Below, piece by piece: positions 45,515 through 56,943 of a stretch of 64,000 nucleotides of DNA. The notes under the pieces were generated by a model. The model did no database searches and was not told the origin of the DNA. It worked only from the letters and a program-made list of their open reading frames with translations. The DNA is taken from positions 186,001 to 250,000 of the forward strand of contig NW_027191470.1 of assembly GCF_011745625.1 (NCBI RefSeq). The letters are read 5' to 3'. Source of the DNA: Cladosporium halotolerans. Lineage: Eukaryota. Numbering within the stretch: position 1 is the stretch's first letter; each line of letters opens with the position of its first letter. The translations under genes were made by a program, and so were the position numbers.

Positions 45515-47095
45515 TCACCGCCGAGCGTCGCGAGGGAAGCGCCTCTCATCATAAGACCTGTCATCCCGAATAGGCCTCTCGTCGCGAGGAGGCCTATCAT
45601 CACGAGGAGGTCTGTCATCCCTAGGTGGTCTGTCGTCGCGAGGTCTGCGATCATCATACCTCCGATCGTCATACCGCTTGTAATCTCTATCATCGTACCG
45701 CCGTCTGTCATCATCATACCTCCTATCCCTCGGCACCGGCCGTCTGTCCCGATCATACCCTCTCTCCCTATCCACTCTGGCCCTCTCGCGCTCCCTCCGA
45801 TCATCGTAGGGCCGGGGAGGCAGCCTGTCGCGTTCGTCGCGACGGTCGTCTGATCGTCTGTCGCGAGATGAAGCTCGAGATGAAGGTGGGCCAGGGCGTC
45901 GTTCAGTTCGTGGTAGCGGTACTTCAATCTCCTCCTCGTACTCTTCCCATTCTTCCTTAAAGTAGCTGTCCACCTGCTCACGCTCGTCGTGCGCGAGCTG
46001 TGGGTTGAGCATGAATCTGAGCGTGCCTCCTGCTACAGGCGGAGCGTGCTGGAGGACAACGGGGGGCTGTGGTGGGTTATTCGAGCCATTTTGGGGAGGA
46101 GAGACCGGAGTTGGATGGCCATTTTGAACTTTGGTCGCGGATGTCACCTGGGCGGGCGCAGTGCAGTGGCGAGCGATGGTGTTGTCTTCGCATTCCTTGT
46201 TCAGAGCTAGGCGGAGGCGGAGGAAGTCGTCGAGGCTGAAGCGTGTGCCAAGCGTCGAGGCCGTGGTGTGCTGAACGTAAAGATCGAGTGAGTCGAGCAT
46301 TGTCTCCATGATTTCCTCCCGGCTGGTGTTTACTTTCTCCAGATCGTACTTTTTGAGCGTCTCGAGCACGACTTCAGCATTCGTCAGGCGCGCCGCTAGC
46401 TCAAGCATGGCCAGTGCAAGCGTTATTGAGGTCTGCTTCAACGGAGCGAAAGTGCGGTATATGTCTGTGAGAGCCGTCCATGCCAGGTCATGCACGGATT
46501 TCACCTCGTCTGCTCGGCCCAGTGTCTTCGCGATCTTAGTGAGTGTGTGATGAGGTGCTCGGCTGCGAAAGTCGAATGTGGATGCCTCCAGAACCATGCG
46601 CTCGAGTCCTATCACCACACGAGATTGCTGTTCGAACATGGGATCATCCGAGGGCAGGTGGTCGTGCGCAGATGCGGCCTTCAAGTTGTAGCTCGCGGCC
46701 AAAATATCCCGGCTCTTCTTAAGCGTATCCTCCATCTTACATGCTGTGAGTAAGCTCGCGGCGGCCGCATCGCTCCAGATATAGCTGTCGCCAGTAGGCG
46801 TCCCTGGAGGGTGGGCGAGGCGGAACTTGTGAAAGTAGGTGCAGGCGGTGGTGAAGGTTCGGACCGGGAGTTGCAGCGCGCGGCGCACAACGTCGAGCCA
46901 TTGCACGCCTTGCAGGCGCAGAGAATTCTCCTTCGCTTCGGCAATAGAGCGTTCCTGGAGGTCGACACCGGGCTGCTGCAGCTTGCGCTCTATGGCGGCT
47001 TGGGTCTGATACTGCGCTGAGACTCGGATGATGCTGGGGTGAGGGCCGACGAGCGTCTTCGTTTCGCCGTCGCTCGTGCGCTTCTGCGCGCCCAT
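45515..47095 (-). CDS. CTK2: Cyclin K/T-like subunit of the RNA pol II CTD kinase (CTDK-I beta), with an RD-rich tail; ORF stays open upstream to 47497
   Basis: GPHPS.I.V..QY, LRLQGVQWLD.VRRALQLP.RT..TAC.YFHKFRL, ACKMEDTLKKSRDIL, YRTFAPLKQ. Confidence 0.85.
   Translation of the reverse strand: MGAQKRTSDGETKTLVGPHPSIIRVSAQYQTQAAIERKLQQPGVDLQERSIAEAKENSLRLQGVQWLDVVRRALQLPVRTFTTACTYFHKFRLAHPPGTPTGDSYIWSDAAAASLLTACKMEDTLKKSRDILAASYNLKAASAHDHLPSDDPMFEQQSRVVIGLERMVLEASTFDFRSRAPHHTLTKIAKTLGRADEVKSVHDLAWTALTDIYRTFAPLKQTSITLALAMLELAARLTNAEVVLETLKKYDLEKVNTSREEIMETMLDSLDLYVQHTTASTLGTRFSLDDFLRLRLALNKECEDNTIARHCTAPAQVTSATKVQNGHPTPVSPPQNGSNNPPQPPVVLQHAPPVAGGTLRFMLNPQLAHDEREQVDSYFKEEWEEYEEEIEVPLPRTERRPGPPSSRASSRDRRSDDRRDERDRLPPRPYDDRRERERARVDRERGYDRDRRPVPRDRRYDDDRRRYDDRDYKRYDDRRYDDRRPRDDRPPRDDRPPRDDRPPRDERPIRDDRSYDERRFPRDARR
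45561..45650 (-). repeat. Five degenerate 18-bp coding repeats (RPPRD[D/E])
   Basis: Plus-strand units TCATCCCGAATAGGCCTC, TCGTCGCGAGGAGGCCTA, TCATCACGAGGAGGTCTG, TCATCCCTAGGTGGTCTG, TCGTCGCGAGGTCTGCGA. Confidence 0.8.
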
Positions 47096-48041
47096 CTTGG
47101 CGGTCGGGCGGGAGGCTCGCCTTGCTACAGGAGAGAATGGATGGAAGTCGTAGGTTGGCAGCGACAACTCGCCGCGTGGGTACGGCGATGGTGGTGCACG
47201 GCCAATCGGCAAGCCGTCGGGGTCGAAGCAGCCTGACCCGACTTCATGTCCCGTTACTCCTCTCCACGCCCAAGCCGGAGCTGATGCCGGCATGCTGGAC
47301 GACATCTCCTCGCCACGTCGTCGTTTTACCCTGGGTGCCATCGATTCTGCTATGACTGGCTTCGGTAACTGGATTTGATGAGGATTTGACGCTGCTTCTA
47401 TCGATGCCACTCGATCTGGGTACGGCGCAGCGTGACGGCGTTCGTGCTCCCGCGTGACTGGGACCGGCTGCGGCAGGGGAAACCGAGGCGGCGGCATCGT
47501 GTGCTGAAATGAAGTTCTTGATGGCGGGTCCTACAAGTGTCGTTGTTAATCGCAGAACATACACCGCCGATTTGATGGGGACCTGGCAAAATTGAAGCTC
47601 ACCGTTTGTGGATGCTGGAACCCGCAATGCGAGCCTTGCGAGCAAAAACCCTTCTTCCAGTGCCGACAGATAGCCATGACCTGTGCACTGAAACCCACAG
47701 TGAACAGGGTTGGCTAGTCAGAGTGAGACAGCGTCCAGAAAAAGATCGCATGCGTGATCTCTGGCGCGTTTAGTCGCCTAATCGACCGGGCCGCTGCAGC
47801 TGTGGTTGCGTGTGACAGCACCTTGTGAACGCAGAGTCTGCAGCCCAGCGTCATTGCAGGAAAGTGAGGAAGTGAGGAAGTGAGACGTGGTTGTGAGCTG
47901 ACTAGAAGGCTTCGATTGCTTTATCAAACTGCTATCTTGGATGCCTCGAGCCTGTGCAAATGCAAACCAGACCAACGTCTCTGTCTATTTGAGTACTGGA
48001 TTCTGATGGCTACCAATCGGTGCCATCAATCATCTCCTTCC

Positions 48042-49211
48042 TCAATCGCCCTCAGGACCTGTAGCTCCCTCGTTTGCAACTCCAATATGTTCCGGATGCG
48101 GCACGATGTGGACCTCCACGTACAATTTCGCCCTCCCCTCCTGACCTTCGGCCAATGCATCCAAGTCACAGAATGCAAATCCGGGCAGCTCCGGAACATC
48201 GTCCCACTTGAACAGAGTTGAACATTCATTCATTTGTGGCAGTACCCATAGCTCCAGCTGCCACCACTGCCGCGCAAGATGACGGTTGTTTCCAATCCCG
48301 CGGAAGTCAGCACTCCCATCGCCTTGGAGGAAGTATTCCTTCGCTGATTTGAGCGTCTCGTCCGAGTCGAATGCCACCTGGATGTAGTGTTCGAGATTGA
48401 GATCGCGGTCGTCGACGTTGTTGACGAACGTAGCAATGATATCGATCGACGAGAGTTCGTTTCCCGTGGTAGAAGCGCTGAACCCAGGAAGATCTTGCGG
48501 GAATTTCTCGTGAGATCGCGCAGGGGCGACAGGAAGAGCCCACGGATGCGGAAACCGCTTTTCGACAGGCTGATCAGTCCACGCAGGCGCATCTTCATCT
48601 TCAGATTGAAAGTCTCCTGTATCCTCTGCCAGCTTCGCCCAAGACGCCTCGTCCCTCTGCCTCTGCGCGACCGCATCGTCCAGCGTTTCCGGCTGACACT
48701 TCAGCTCGCCTTGCGAAACCAGCTCAAGCAGGTGGTGCCGAATCTTCGAGGGGCTCAGAGCGTTGCGAGCAAAGTAATAGGGATCCGGGTCCAGGTGCGT
48801 AGAAAAATGGAACAATTCGCTCTCCTTGATAACATCTCCCGCATCTGGTCCGCAGATCCTCAATCCGTTGAGCTGCCAGGTAGCGACCGCCAACCAGAGG
48901 ACTCTGGGAGATTTTACTTCTGCGACGACGATGCATTGCGTCGGGATGGCGTCTTCGTACTCGTCATCTTCGACTGTGCGACGGCCGATGCGGATGCGGT
49001 ACTCTTCGGCTTCGGGGTCGGAGTCGCCCTCTGATGAGGAGCTCGAAATCTGTCGCGGAGAATCATAGACGGCTGGTTCTTGCTGCAATATATCGTTAGC
49101 TATCGATGCGTCTATCTCTGCCTGTGTTCGCTTGGAGCTCAAGAAGGGTGAACATACCTGGTCGTCGGACGAGGAATCTAGGTAAATTGCGTTTCTTCTT
49201 GTCTTGTTCAT
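48042..49211 (-). CDS. Hypothetical acidic protein (389 aa), no family recognised
   Basis: Uninterrupted ATG-started ORF with protein-like composition and an AT-rich upstream region. Confidence 0.6.
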   Translation of the reverse strand: MNKTRRNAIYLDSSSDDQVCSPFLSSKRTQAEIDASIANDILQQEPAVYDSPRQISSSSSEGDSDPEAEEYRIRIGRRTVEDDEYEDAIPTQCIVVAEVKSPRVLWLAVATWQLNGLRICGPDAGDVIKESELFHFSTHLDPDPYYFARNALSPSKIRHHLLELVSQGELKCQPETLDDAVAQRQRDEASWAKLAEDTGDFQSEDEDAPAWTDQPVEKRFPHPWALPVAPARSHEKFPQDLPGFSASTTGNELSSIDIIATFVNNVDDRDLNLEHYIQVAFDSDETLKSAKEYFLQGDGSADFRGIGNNRHLARQWWQLELWVLPQMNECSTLFKWDDVPELPGFAFCDLDALAEGQEGRAKLYVEVHIVPHPEHIGVANEGATGPEGD

Positions 49212-49517
49212 CGTGATCTTCGCCTCTGAATAGTGTAATACGTGTCGTCTTGGGACAATCTGGACAGGATAAATGTGGTTTTCGTTGTGTGTGGTGTTTG
49301 CTAAAAGTGTGTATCAGGTTCGTCTTTCACATGCGTCAGTGAAAAGCATGTGATTGCAGCCCACTAGCGCGATAACAGGCATTATTCTTGCGGGTGTGAA
49401 AGAGACCAGAGCAGCCGTTGCACTCAAAATTAATATTATTATAGGTACAGTGAAGTCAACAATATCAGGAAGCGCAGGCGCACTTCACTAGCCAACGCGG
49501 CGCCTTCACGCCGATTC

Positions 49518-51875
49518 TTACGCCTCAGGTCGCGACGACGCCCCTTCTGCGCTGGCTCCACTCGCATCTCGGAGCAGCCTGTTCGGTCCGTTGTCCCAAG
49601 TATGGCCCTTCTTCACCTTCTTCCCATGCTCTCCCGCGCTCCCATGAGCTCTCGACCTAACCACAGGCAGAGGCAAGGGCTTCGACCTCCCACTCGGCGT
49701 AATCGCCCTGCCCGCATCGACAGGAGCGCCTACGCTTCGATAGACCGCCGACACCCTCCGAATATACCTGCTCATGCTCTCACACAGGCGATCGAGGACG
49801 AACTCCGCCTCACTACCGCGGGCCATCATCGGACTGTTCTCGCCGATCCAGTCCCAGTCGACCATCCCCTCCGCCTCCTCTTCGCGCTCCTCGTCCTCTC
49901 CCTCCGCCGTGAAGCGGATCATCTGCGTGAACTCCACCCACTCCTCGTAGCTGTACTGCTTGTCGGGCTTGTTCTTGGCGTCCTTCGCGACGTCCTGGAT
50001 GGTCTTCGCAAGTCGGCGCGCGAGGTCGTAGTGTGTAGGCGTCTCGCGCGCGAATTGCTCAATGGTCTTTTTGCGCTTTTCGGCTTTCTCGAACTCTTCG
50101 TCGGGGACTCCTACTTGGAAGCCTGCTTCCAGGCGCTGCTGCGAGGCTCTTCTTGCTTTACGGCGCTGTAACCAACTACGCAGTCGCGGGTTGTGATCCA
50201 GTAGTGCGCGCCACGCGCCGTATTTGGGCAACAATGTGAAGTCACCAACAGCGGAGACGCCAGATTTGAAGTGCTTGATGACGGTGTCGCTCAAAAACTT
50301 GATGAGGAAAGCCATCGTGGGCAGTGCGATCAAACTCCAAACGACAAACAAAGGTCTTCCTGCATTGCTCTTGGGTGCCAGATCACCGTATCCGATGGTG
50401 AGCAAACAGACGTAGCAGAAGTACAGAGCCTTGTAATAAGTCATATCCTGCACCCTGCGCTCGCAGAGCCAGAAAGCGAGGGCACCGATGCACCATAGCA
50501 GAGCGAAGGCGATGGCCGAGAAGAAGAGGGCGCTACGCTTCTTATAGTCAATGGTCTCCTTCTGAATTCTGCGCATCGCTTCGAACCGATCTTTCTCTTC
50601 GCGTAAAAGAAGCAGCTTATGCTTGCGAGTCCTACTCACGAAGCCAGTAGCCGCGCGAGTTAAGCGGGAGGGGCTTATAGGGGACGAAGAAGAAGCGCTG
50701 GCGGTGCGGCTGGGTGGTCGAGATTTTTCATCGCTGATCCGTGAGGCTGCGGACCTATCAACAGCGTTGAAGGGAGCAGATACAGTAGGATGCCCGCCGT
50801 TAGCTTGGGCCTGTCTATGCAGATATTCAGATGAGCTGGTGACTGTGCGATCGATCGTCCTGTTCCGGGTGCGTTCGGTATGCTTTTGAATGATGTTCTC
50901 AGCCCCGAGCTCTGTTGCGAAGGTCGTCAAGCTCGAGACCACCAGACCTAGCATGATAATCCCGCCTACTGCGTAGGGGAGCATCAAACCTCGGCTGATA
51001 TTGTTGGTTGGGTAGATGTCGCCGAAGCCGACAGTGAGGATGGTGACTTCACAGAAATACAGGGCGTTCGAGTACGTCCAGATGATGCCGCCTCCGCCGT
51101 ACTTGGACTCAATTGCCGAGAAAATCTCAGCGCCAACAGCAAGCCAGATGAAAAACAGCATCGTTTGGAGAATTAGGGTCCGATGCGAGTCACGGAGAGC
51201 AAAGTCCCGCGGGTAATGGCCCAATAGGTGGCCTAACATGTTGACCATGAGAATCATCGAGCAGATCGTGTACAGTATGGCCGCGAAGACAGCGTACCAG
51301 AAACCCTGATGGTAGGTCTGTTGTGGGCCCACGGGAGGATCATAGACATCCACTGCCACGGTAGCGCCAATAAGCAGCCCAGTGGAAATGTACCACATAA
51401 CGATCGTAACCGGAAGAGAAATGATGTATCGGATACGCTTGGTGAAGTTGCACAGCAAGAAAATGTTGCCGATAAAGCCAGCCACGAGCGACACTATGTT
51501 CAAAGAATAGGCCCAGGTCGGATCGTTGAACGGGTGGCCGCTGAGCTCGTCGCCGAGCGAGACGGCCTGCCCATTCCACTTGCATTCTCTCGCGGCTGCT
51601 TCGGAGCTCACGTCGGCGATCAGGCAGGCCCGCCATGGCGTGACAATGGCGGCGATGGAGAGGACGTTGGCCAACGGTCCGAGAGTGGCAGCCAGCAGAG
51701 GGATGGCTGTTGATGCGAACCACCACGTCTGCGGCTCGCCTTCCTCCCACTTGCGCGGGCTGTAGTCCCAGAGCCGCATGTGAGTTTTGCGGCCTTGCTT
51801 ATGTTGGTCGCTGGGCGCTAGAATGCCGTCGGAGGGTGTGTAGACATTTGAGTCTACAGGCGACGGATCTGTCAT
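49518..51875 (-). CDS. TOK1: TOK-type two-pore-domain outward-rectifying K+ channel
   Basis: Two pore loops, TILTVGFGDIYP and CLLTIGYGDLAP; about 8 TM segments; WWFASTAIPLLAATLGPLAN. Confidence 0.92.
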   Translation of the reverse strand: MTDPSPVDSNVYTPSDGILAPSDQHKQGRKTHMRLWDYSPRKWEEGEPQTWWFASTAIPLLAATLGPLANVLSIAAIVTPWRACLIADVSSEAAARECKWNGQAVSLGDELSGHPFNDPTWAYSLNIVSLVAGFIGNIFLLCNFTKRIRYIISLPVTIVMWYISTGLLIGATVAVDVYDPPVGPQQTYHQGFWYAVFAAILYTICSMILMVNMLGHLLGHYPRDFALRDSHRTLILQTMLFFIWLAVGAEIFSAIESKYGGGGIIWTYSNALYFCEVTILTVGFGDIYPTNNISRGLMLPYAVGGIIMLGLVVSSLTTFATELGAENIIQKHTERTRNRTIDRTVTSSSEYLHRQAQANGGHPTVSAPFNAVDRSAASRISDEKSRPPSRTASASSSSPISPSRLTRAATGFVSRTRKHKLLLLREEKDRFEAMRRIQKETIDYKKRSALFFSAIAFALLWCIGALAFWLCERRVQDMTYYKALYFCYVCLLTIGYGDLAPKSNAGRPLFVVWSLIALPTMAFLIKFLSDTVIKHFKSGVSAVGDFTLLPKYGAWRALLDHNPRLRSWLQRRKARRASQQRLEAGFQVGVPDEEFEKAEKRKKTIEQFARETPTHYDLARRLAKTIQDVAKDAKNKPDKQYSYEEWVEFTQMIRFTAEGEDEEREEEAEGMVDWDWIGENSPMMARGSEAEFVLDRLCESMSRYIRRVSAVYRSVGAPVDAGRAITPSGRSKPLPLPVVRSRAHGSAGEHGKKVKKGHTWDNGPNRLLRDASGASAEGASSRPEA

Positions 51876-52455
51876 TTCGGCCGGCCGATAAGGTGCTTCC
51901 TTCTAGAGATAGAGTTGCTGCTCGGCGCCGGTGTCGTGGTGTCAGGCCATGGTCGCAGCATTCCCGGTCCGGCATCAGGTGATCGCGCCGATGGGCAGCA
52001 CATTTCTTGGATGGCAGGTACAATCGATCTTCTTGTTACATGGAAAAAGCAATGCCACTTCCGCAGCCATGTGATGACTAGCAGGCGGAAGCACGCGGCT
52101 TGAGGCCGCTACTGCACCTTGTGGCGGCCGCCTGACTTGCCTGTGTGTTGGGTTTTGAGACTCGCTGATGGAATGCCACCATGCGGGGCGACGTCCTGTT
52201 TTGGGGGCACCCTTGTTACCTCACTTTGGGCGAAGGGATGGCGACTTTGCTTCTTTTAGTAAATCATCATTCCTGAAAATTAAATTTGTAAGTGATAGGC
52301 CCAGCAACGGCCGGTTCGCCCTCTCTGCATAATAGTAGTACACGTCCATCCGATCGTATCCTAACATATCTTACATCGTATATACAAGCTGCGCTGGAAC
52401 GCAAGACAAATCACCAATGTACTAGTGAGCCATAGAACCCGCACAAAGCGCTCAC

Positions 52456-55400
52456 TCAAGTCTCTCTCCTCAGCAGTTTCGTCTGCAAATGGTCGTTGAC
52501 GTTCGGTATGGTCTGAACGGCGTAAAGTGTCTGGGGCGCGAGTTGGCGAATGAGGCGTGTGGTGCCGACATATTTGTCAAGACCAGGTGCGCTACACTTC
52601 GTCTTGATCCCCACGTTTTCTCTGTAGCGAAGTTGCAACAAAGCAGCAGCCAATTTGACGAGCGTCGGGTACACAGGCGCCACCGTCTCTGGGCTGGGAT
52701 AACGAATGTTTATGTACTGCAGCTTCTGAAAGCGCGCAGAAGGGTTGGAGAAGCTCGCAGCTCCGCGATTATATGCCTTCTTTCGCCAGCCTGGAAATGA
52801 GGGTATGAGATATCTTTCTGTCAGGCGAAAGGCCAGCAGTGCGAGAGGTGGAGAGGGCCGCAGCAGTAGTTGGATGAATCTGTTCCATGCGAAGTTGTCC
52901 AATATGTAACCTTCGGTCAACACGGCGGTCACCGCCGAGATGATATCGTTGAATCGATTTTGCTGGGCAAGAGCAGTGATATAGTGTTGAAGAGGGCGCG
53001 AGAGAAGACGACGAAGGCCTGGTAGTGGGCGTGTGGAATCTTCGAGATCATTGGCTATCGCCGCCTTGAAATTTTCTCCAGGGGGTTTGTATTCAGCCGT
53101 TCTCTCTTCCGTAGGTAGCCTCAAGATGGCGGGAGTCTTCTCGCGCTTTGTTGGCGGTGCAAGGCGTGGGGCCGGCTTGTCGGCTGTGAGGGCGTCGACG
53201 TGCTTCTTCGCAAGGTTCCAGCATTTTTCCACTTCGTCCCAGTCCCGCGCACGTGCATACGTAGGCATGACCATCGTCAGAAGCTTCAACGGCAAGGACT
53301 TGTCAGCAGACAGAGCACCAGTCTGCTCTGCACCTCTGTATCGTTCGAGCAGTTCCTGAACTGCCTCGAGGGATCTCGCAGCTCCGTATGCGTTAATCAA
53401 GGCACTGAACATCAACGCTTTTGGGGAGTGGTCTTCAATCACGGAGTAGTACTGCGGCTCTTGAGCTGCCAGGCCAGCTGAGGGATCCTCGAACAGTTCC
53501 TCAAGTTCATCAACGATGGCAGCTACCGGATAGACCGTGTTAGGATCATCAGCCACTGAAGCCTCTTTCAATTCGTAGCGCGCTCGAGCTTTTGCATAGA
53601 TCGCGTTCGTGCTAAGGGTTGGCCTGATCCTATTGCTGAGCATCTTATGGTAGATTGATATGGCAGTTCCAAAAGCATTCTGGCGGACGTATCCCGTCAT
53701 TACCACAGCGTAATGGAACGCTACAGGCTTGACGCCATGCTCTGGCATGACGGTCTTGAGAATTTTCCAGGCCGCGTTGGTCTTGCGCAGGAGCACGAGT
53801 GTCTGCATGAGGGCTGCATAGGTTGTCGCATCGATCGGAACTTGCTCCCTCCTCATCCACTGGTACACTCGCATAGCGTGATCAGGCTCTCGACGCAATG
53901 CTAGTGAGGTGAGCAATATGTTGAAGCATATTGTGAGAGGCCCTTCCAATTCGCCATTTTTCGCTTGCTTTTCGGCTTCTTGCAGTATGTCCCAGGCAAC
54001 ATCGACATTTCCGGCGTTGATGTTTGCAGTCATAAGACTAGCATATAGCTCCGCAGACCTTGGCGCGTTGCACAGCTGATCATACTGCTCAAGCAAGGTT
54101 TCAACACTACCAACATCGCCTCTAGCAGCGTAAAGCTCCAGAATGGGGTGGAAGGAAAATCTATCAGGCTGCTTGCCTGCAGACATCAGGCGCTTGAAAG
54201 TTTCCAGTGCCGCGTCAATGTCGTCCGCGCGGGAATGCGCGTGTATCAGAATGTTCCAGCAACGTAGAGATGGCGAAGTCCCAGCGGCTGCTGTAATCGA
54301 TTGAATCTCTTCGAATGCGGCTTCCGCAGCTTGGTGCTCACCGCGTCTTGCATACACGTAGACAAGGTTCCACATGATACCCTCATCATCTGGAGGGGCG
54401 GGGTGTGCCGCCAAGAAGCGGTCGAGATAGTATCGCACTGCTTCAGGATTTCCTCTGCGAGCGTAGTGCGTCATGATGAAGCCGTAGAGAGACGCAGTCA
54501 TCTTCCCATGGAATAAATTCCAGTCATTCTCCAACACAGCGACTGACAGACTTGGAGCTCGCCCAGACGCATTCCCGGCGATATCAGCAAACTCGATGGC
54601 TCGCTGAACTAGCGTTGTGAGTAGGGCTGCATCTGGTATCGCGCCCGACATAGACCGATATTGCTTATACATGTAGGATACCGTTTTGTGGGCATCGGGG
54701 TACTGATCAAGAAACTTGGGCTGGACAAGCGTGCTCAGAACGTCGTGAAAGAATCTGGGTGAATCTTGACTGGTAAGCTGGACCCTTCCCACAAGGTAGC
54801 GGATACGGCTATCTTTAAGGGTCTTCTTCGCAATGCGCGACTTGGAGGATTTTCTCGAACGAGAATTTGTGAGCTCCTGGAAAATGGCATATTTGAATAC
54901 ATCCATGGAGAACCTCTGAAATTCCGGACTAAGAGCATCTGCCTGAGCCAGCATCCGATAGTGCTTGGAAAGTCTGATAGCCTTCGACAAAAGATCAGGT
55001 GTCTCCGAGATGTGCCGCCAGAACATGGCGTCTATCCAGGGCTGTGCTTGTCCTTCATGTTTCGTGTCCAGTTGTTGCTTTACCCGCGATGCTAACTCCC
55101 ACATGTCATTCTCGATCGCGGTACTGCAAAGCCAAATGGAGATCTCGTGACCATTCTGAAGATGTTCTAGGGCCTCAACGTGCCCTTGTTCAGCCAGCCC
55201 GTAGAGATTCGATCGCATAAGTGTCGGTAACGCCGACTTGTAAACGGCCATCGTCCTTTGCGGAATGGGAATTGAGTCATATAGCTCCAAGAAATGAGTC
55301 TCTGCTGTTTCATTCCGATTTGATGAGAGCCATTCCAGAAGCCTGATCCTCAAACCAACGCTGGCCCTATCCGTCTCGTGCAGTCTTTCATACATCGACC

Positions 55401-56277
55401 ACGCATTTTCCGTTTGTTCTAAACTCTTTTGGGCATCCTCCAGCACCGCGGGATCTGAAGAATTATTCAGGAATGTACGCAATTCCTTCGCAGAGACAAG
55501 CACATCAGAAAGCTCGTCAGAGGTTTGAACAATAGTATCGTCCACTTCCACGTCTTCTTCAGCTCCAGTACTCCATTTCTCCTCAAGATTTGTGTCCCCC
55601 TCGCTTTTGGCATTTTGTCCAGCATTCGTTGCCGCTCCAGTATTCGTGTCATTTTCGATGTTTGGATCTGATTCGAACTTCGGCTCCGCTTCGACGTTCG
55701 GGTCTGCTCCGATGTTCGCTTGCGCTCCAGGATCCGCCTCAGCCGTGTCAACAGTTTGTATCTGTGGTGAAGAAGGCTCCTCGCTCTCATCGTCGGCCTT
55801 TCGGCTGTACTGCTGCAACTCAGCAATGAATCTTTCATCTAGCCCCTTCGTAGTCCTATGGACACCTCCAGGCGGCTTTGAAGAGTATCTCCTTGTCGCA
55901 TGCCCGAAGCCTCTTGGTAGTCTTCGCTCGTTTCCTCGTTGCCATCTCTCGGCGCGTTTACCGCTGCCCCTGCGAAGGAGCGCTAGGGCCTGTGGAGGAT
56001 AAAGGAAGTCCAGAAAAGGACCGCCGCTAACGGAAGCTCTGTCGGCATCTTTGTCGGTATGCAATTGCAACTCGCCATCGCAGTGGTTGCGACTAGCCTT
56101 TACATCCACAGTATGTGGTGTTGGCTGCACTGAGCTTCCGGGCAGAATCTCGAGGTCTCCAGCTCCATGATGCCAAAATGTCGAGCTCAGAGAGCGATTG
56201 TTCCTCGAGACCCTTCGCGCGCATCGAACCGATAGACGTGCTCCGGAGTCGAGACATGCCGCGGCTCGCTCTAGCAT
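52456..56277 (-). CDS. Mitochondrial pentatricopeptide-repeat protein (Cya-5/Pet309-like translation regulator)
   Basis: MLERAAACL start, FWHHGA and FLDFLYP motifs; PPR-like units WNILIHAHSRADD, FHPILELYAARGD, YAALMQTL, YAVVMTGYVRQ. Confidence 0.82.
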   Translation of the reverse strand: MLERAAACLDSGARLSVRCARRVSRNNRSLSSTFWHHGAGDLEILPGSSVQPTPHTVDVKASRNHCDGELQLHTDKDADRASVSGGPFLDFLYPPQALALLRRGSGKRAERWQRGNERRLPRGFGHATRRYSSKPPGGVHRTTKGLDERFIAELQQYSRKADDESEEPSSPQIQTVDTAEADPGAQANIGADPNVEAEPKFESDPNIENDTNTGAATNAGQNAKSEGDTNLEEKWSTGAEEDVEVDDTIVQTSDELSDVLVSAKELRTFLNNSSDPAVLEDAQKSLEQTENAWSMYERLHETDRASVGLRIRLLEWLSSNRNETAETHFLELYDSIPIPQRTMAVYKSALPTLMRSNLYGLAEQGHVEALEHLQNGHEISIWLCSTAIENDMWELASRVKQQLDTKHEGQAQPWIDAMFWRHISETPDLLSKAIRLSKHYRMLAQADALSPEFQRFSMDVFKYAIFQELTNSRSRKSSKSRIAKKTLKDSRIRYLVGRVQLTSQDSPRFFHDVLSTLVQPKFLDQYPDAHKTVSYMYKQYRSMSGAIPDAALLTTLVQRAIEFADIAGNASGRAPSLSVAVLENDWNLFHGKMTASLYGFIMTHYARRGNPEAVRYYLDRFLAAHPAPPDDEGIMWNLVYVYARRGEHQAAEAAFEEIQSITAAAGTSPSLRCWNILIHAHSRADDIDAALETFKRLMSAGKQPDRFSFHPILELYAARGDVGSVETLLEQYDQLCNAPRSAELYASLMTANINAGNVDVAWDILQEAEKQAKNGELEGPLTICFNILLTSLALRREPDHAMRVYQWMRREQVPIDATTYAALMQTLVLLRKTNAAWKILKTVMPEHGVKPVAFHYAVVMTGYVRQNAFGTAISIYHKMLSNRIRPTLSTNAIYAKARARYELKEASVADDPNTVYPVAAIVDELEELFEDPSAGLAAQEPQYYSVIEDHSPKALMFSALINAYGAARSLEAVQELLERYRGAEQTGALSADKSLPLKLLTMVMPTYARARDWDEVEKCWNLAKKHVDALTADKPAPRLAPPTKREKTPAILRLPTEERTAEYKPPGENFKAAIANDLEDSTRPLPGLRRLLSRPLQHYITALAQQNRFNDIISAVTAVLTEGYILDNFAWNRFIQLLLRPSPPLALLAFRLTERYLIPSFPGWRKKAYNRGAASFSNPSARFQKLQYINIRYPSPETVAPVYPTLVKLAAALLQLRYRENVGIKTKCSAPGLDKYVGTTRLIRQLAPQTLYAVQTIPNVNDHLQTKLLRRET

Positions 56278-56943
56278 GCCCCACACAAAGGCACTGCCAA
56301 ATGTGTATCCTCTGCGTTGACGGTGCCAGTCTATACCAAGGCGAGCGGCATTCCCTTGTCGATGATCTCCAAAGCTCGGAAGTGCTAGGCGGAAAGAGGA
56401 GAAGTGGCGTTGTGAGAGAATCTAGTCGGCCCGCCTGAGTGGTGATCAGGAAGATCAAGAAAAGTCGATATAGGAGAAGGTCCGGGGCGAGATGGCAAAG
56501 TGATAGATGTCATACGAGCCTCCCCAGAGTCGACTTGCTGGAAAATCAATGACCAGCGGAGGACCCGGCGCGCGTCAGGCATCACTTCAGGCATCACGCA
56601 CCTCCGCGTTCGCCGCAATCTCCCCTCGACCCCGTCACGCTTTAGAGACGCTCATCCACGACGTGCACGAGCAAGACTACCTACCCAACCATGGATAAAA
56701 AATTCAGGGCTTATGGCATGTGTGGTCACAAATTTGCCATGATTGTGAATACATCGGAACACAAGCACGTCACCGGCGTATCCCTGGAGGCCTCCATCAA
56801 CGGCTCATTGCGCCATTCCTGACCGTGAGAATGTGATCAAGGTGTAGCAGGGGACCATATTGCATTGCACGAACGACCGCATTCTCGGAAGACTCATAGA
56901 TTTGAAGACGTAATCTGACTCCTTCATCGACATACACCCCAGC

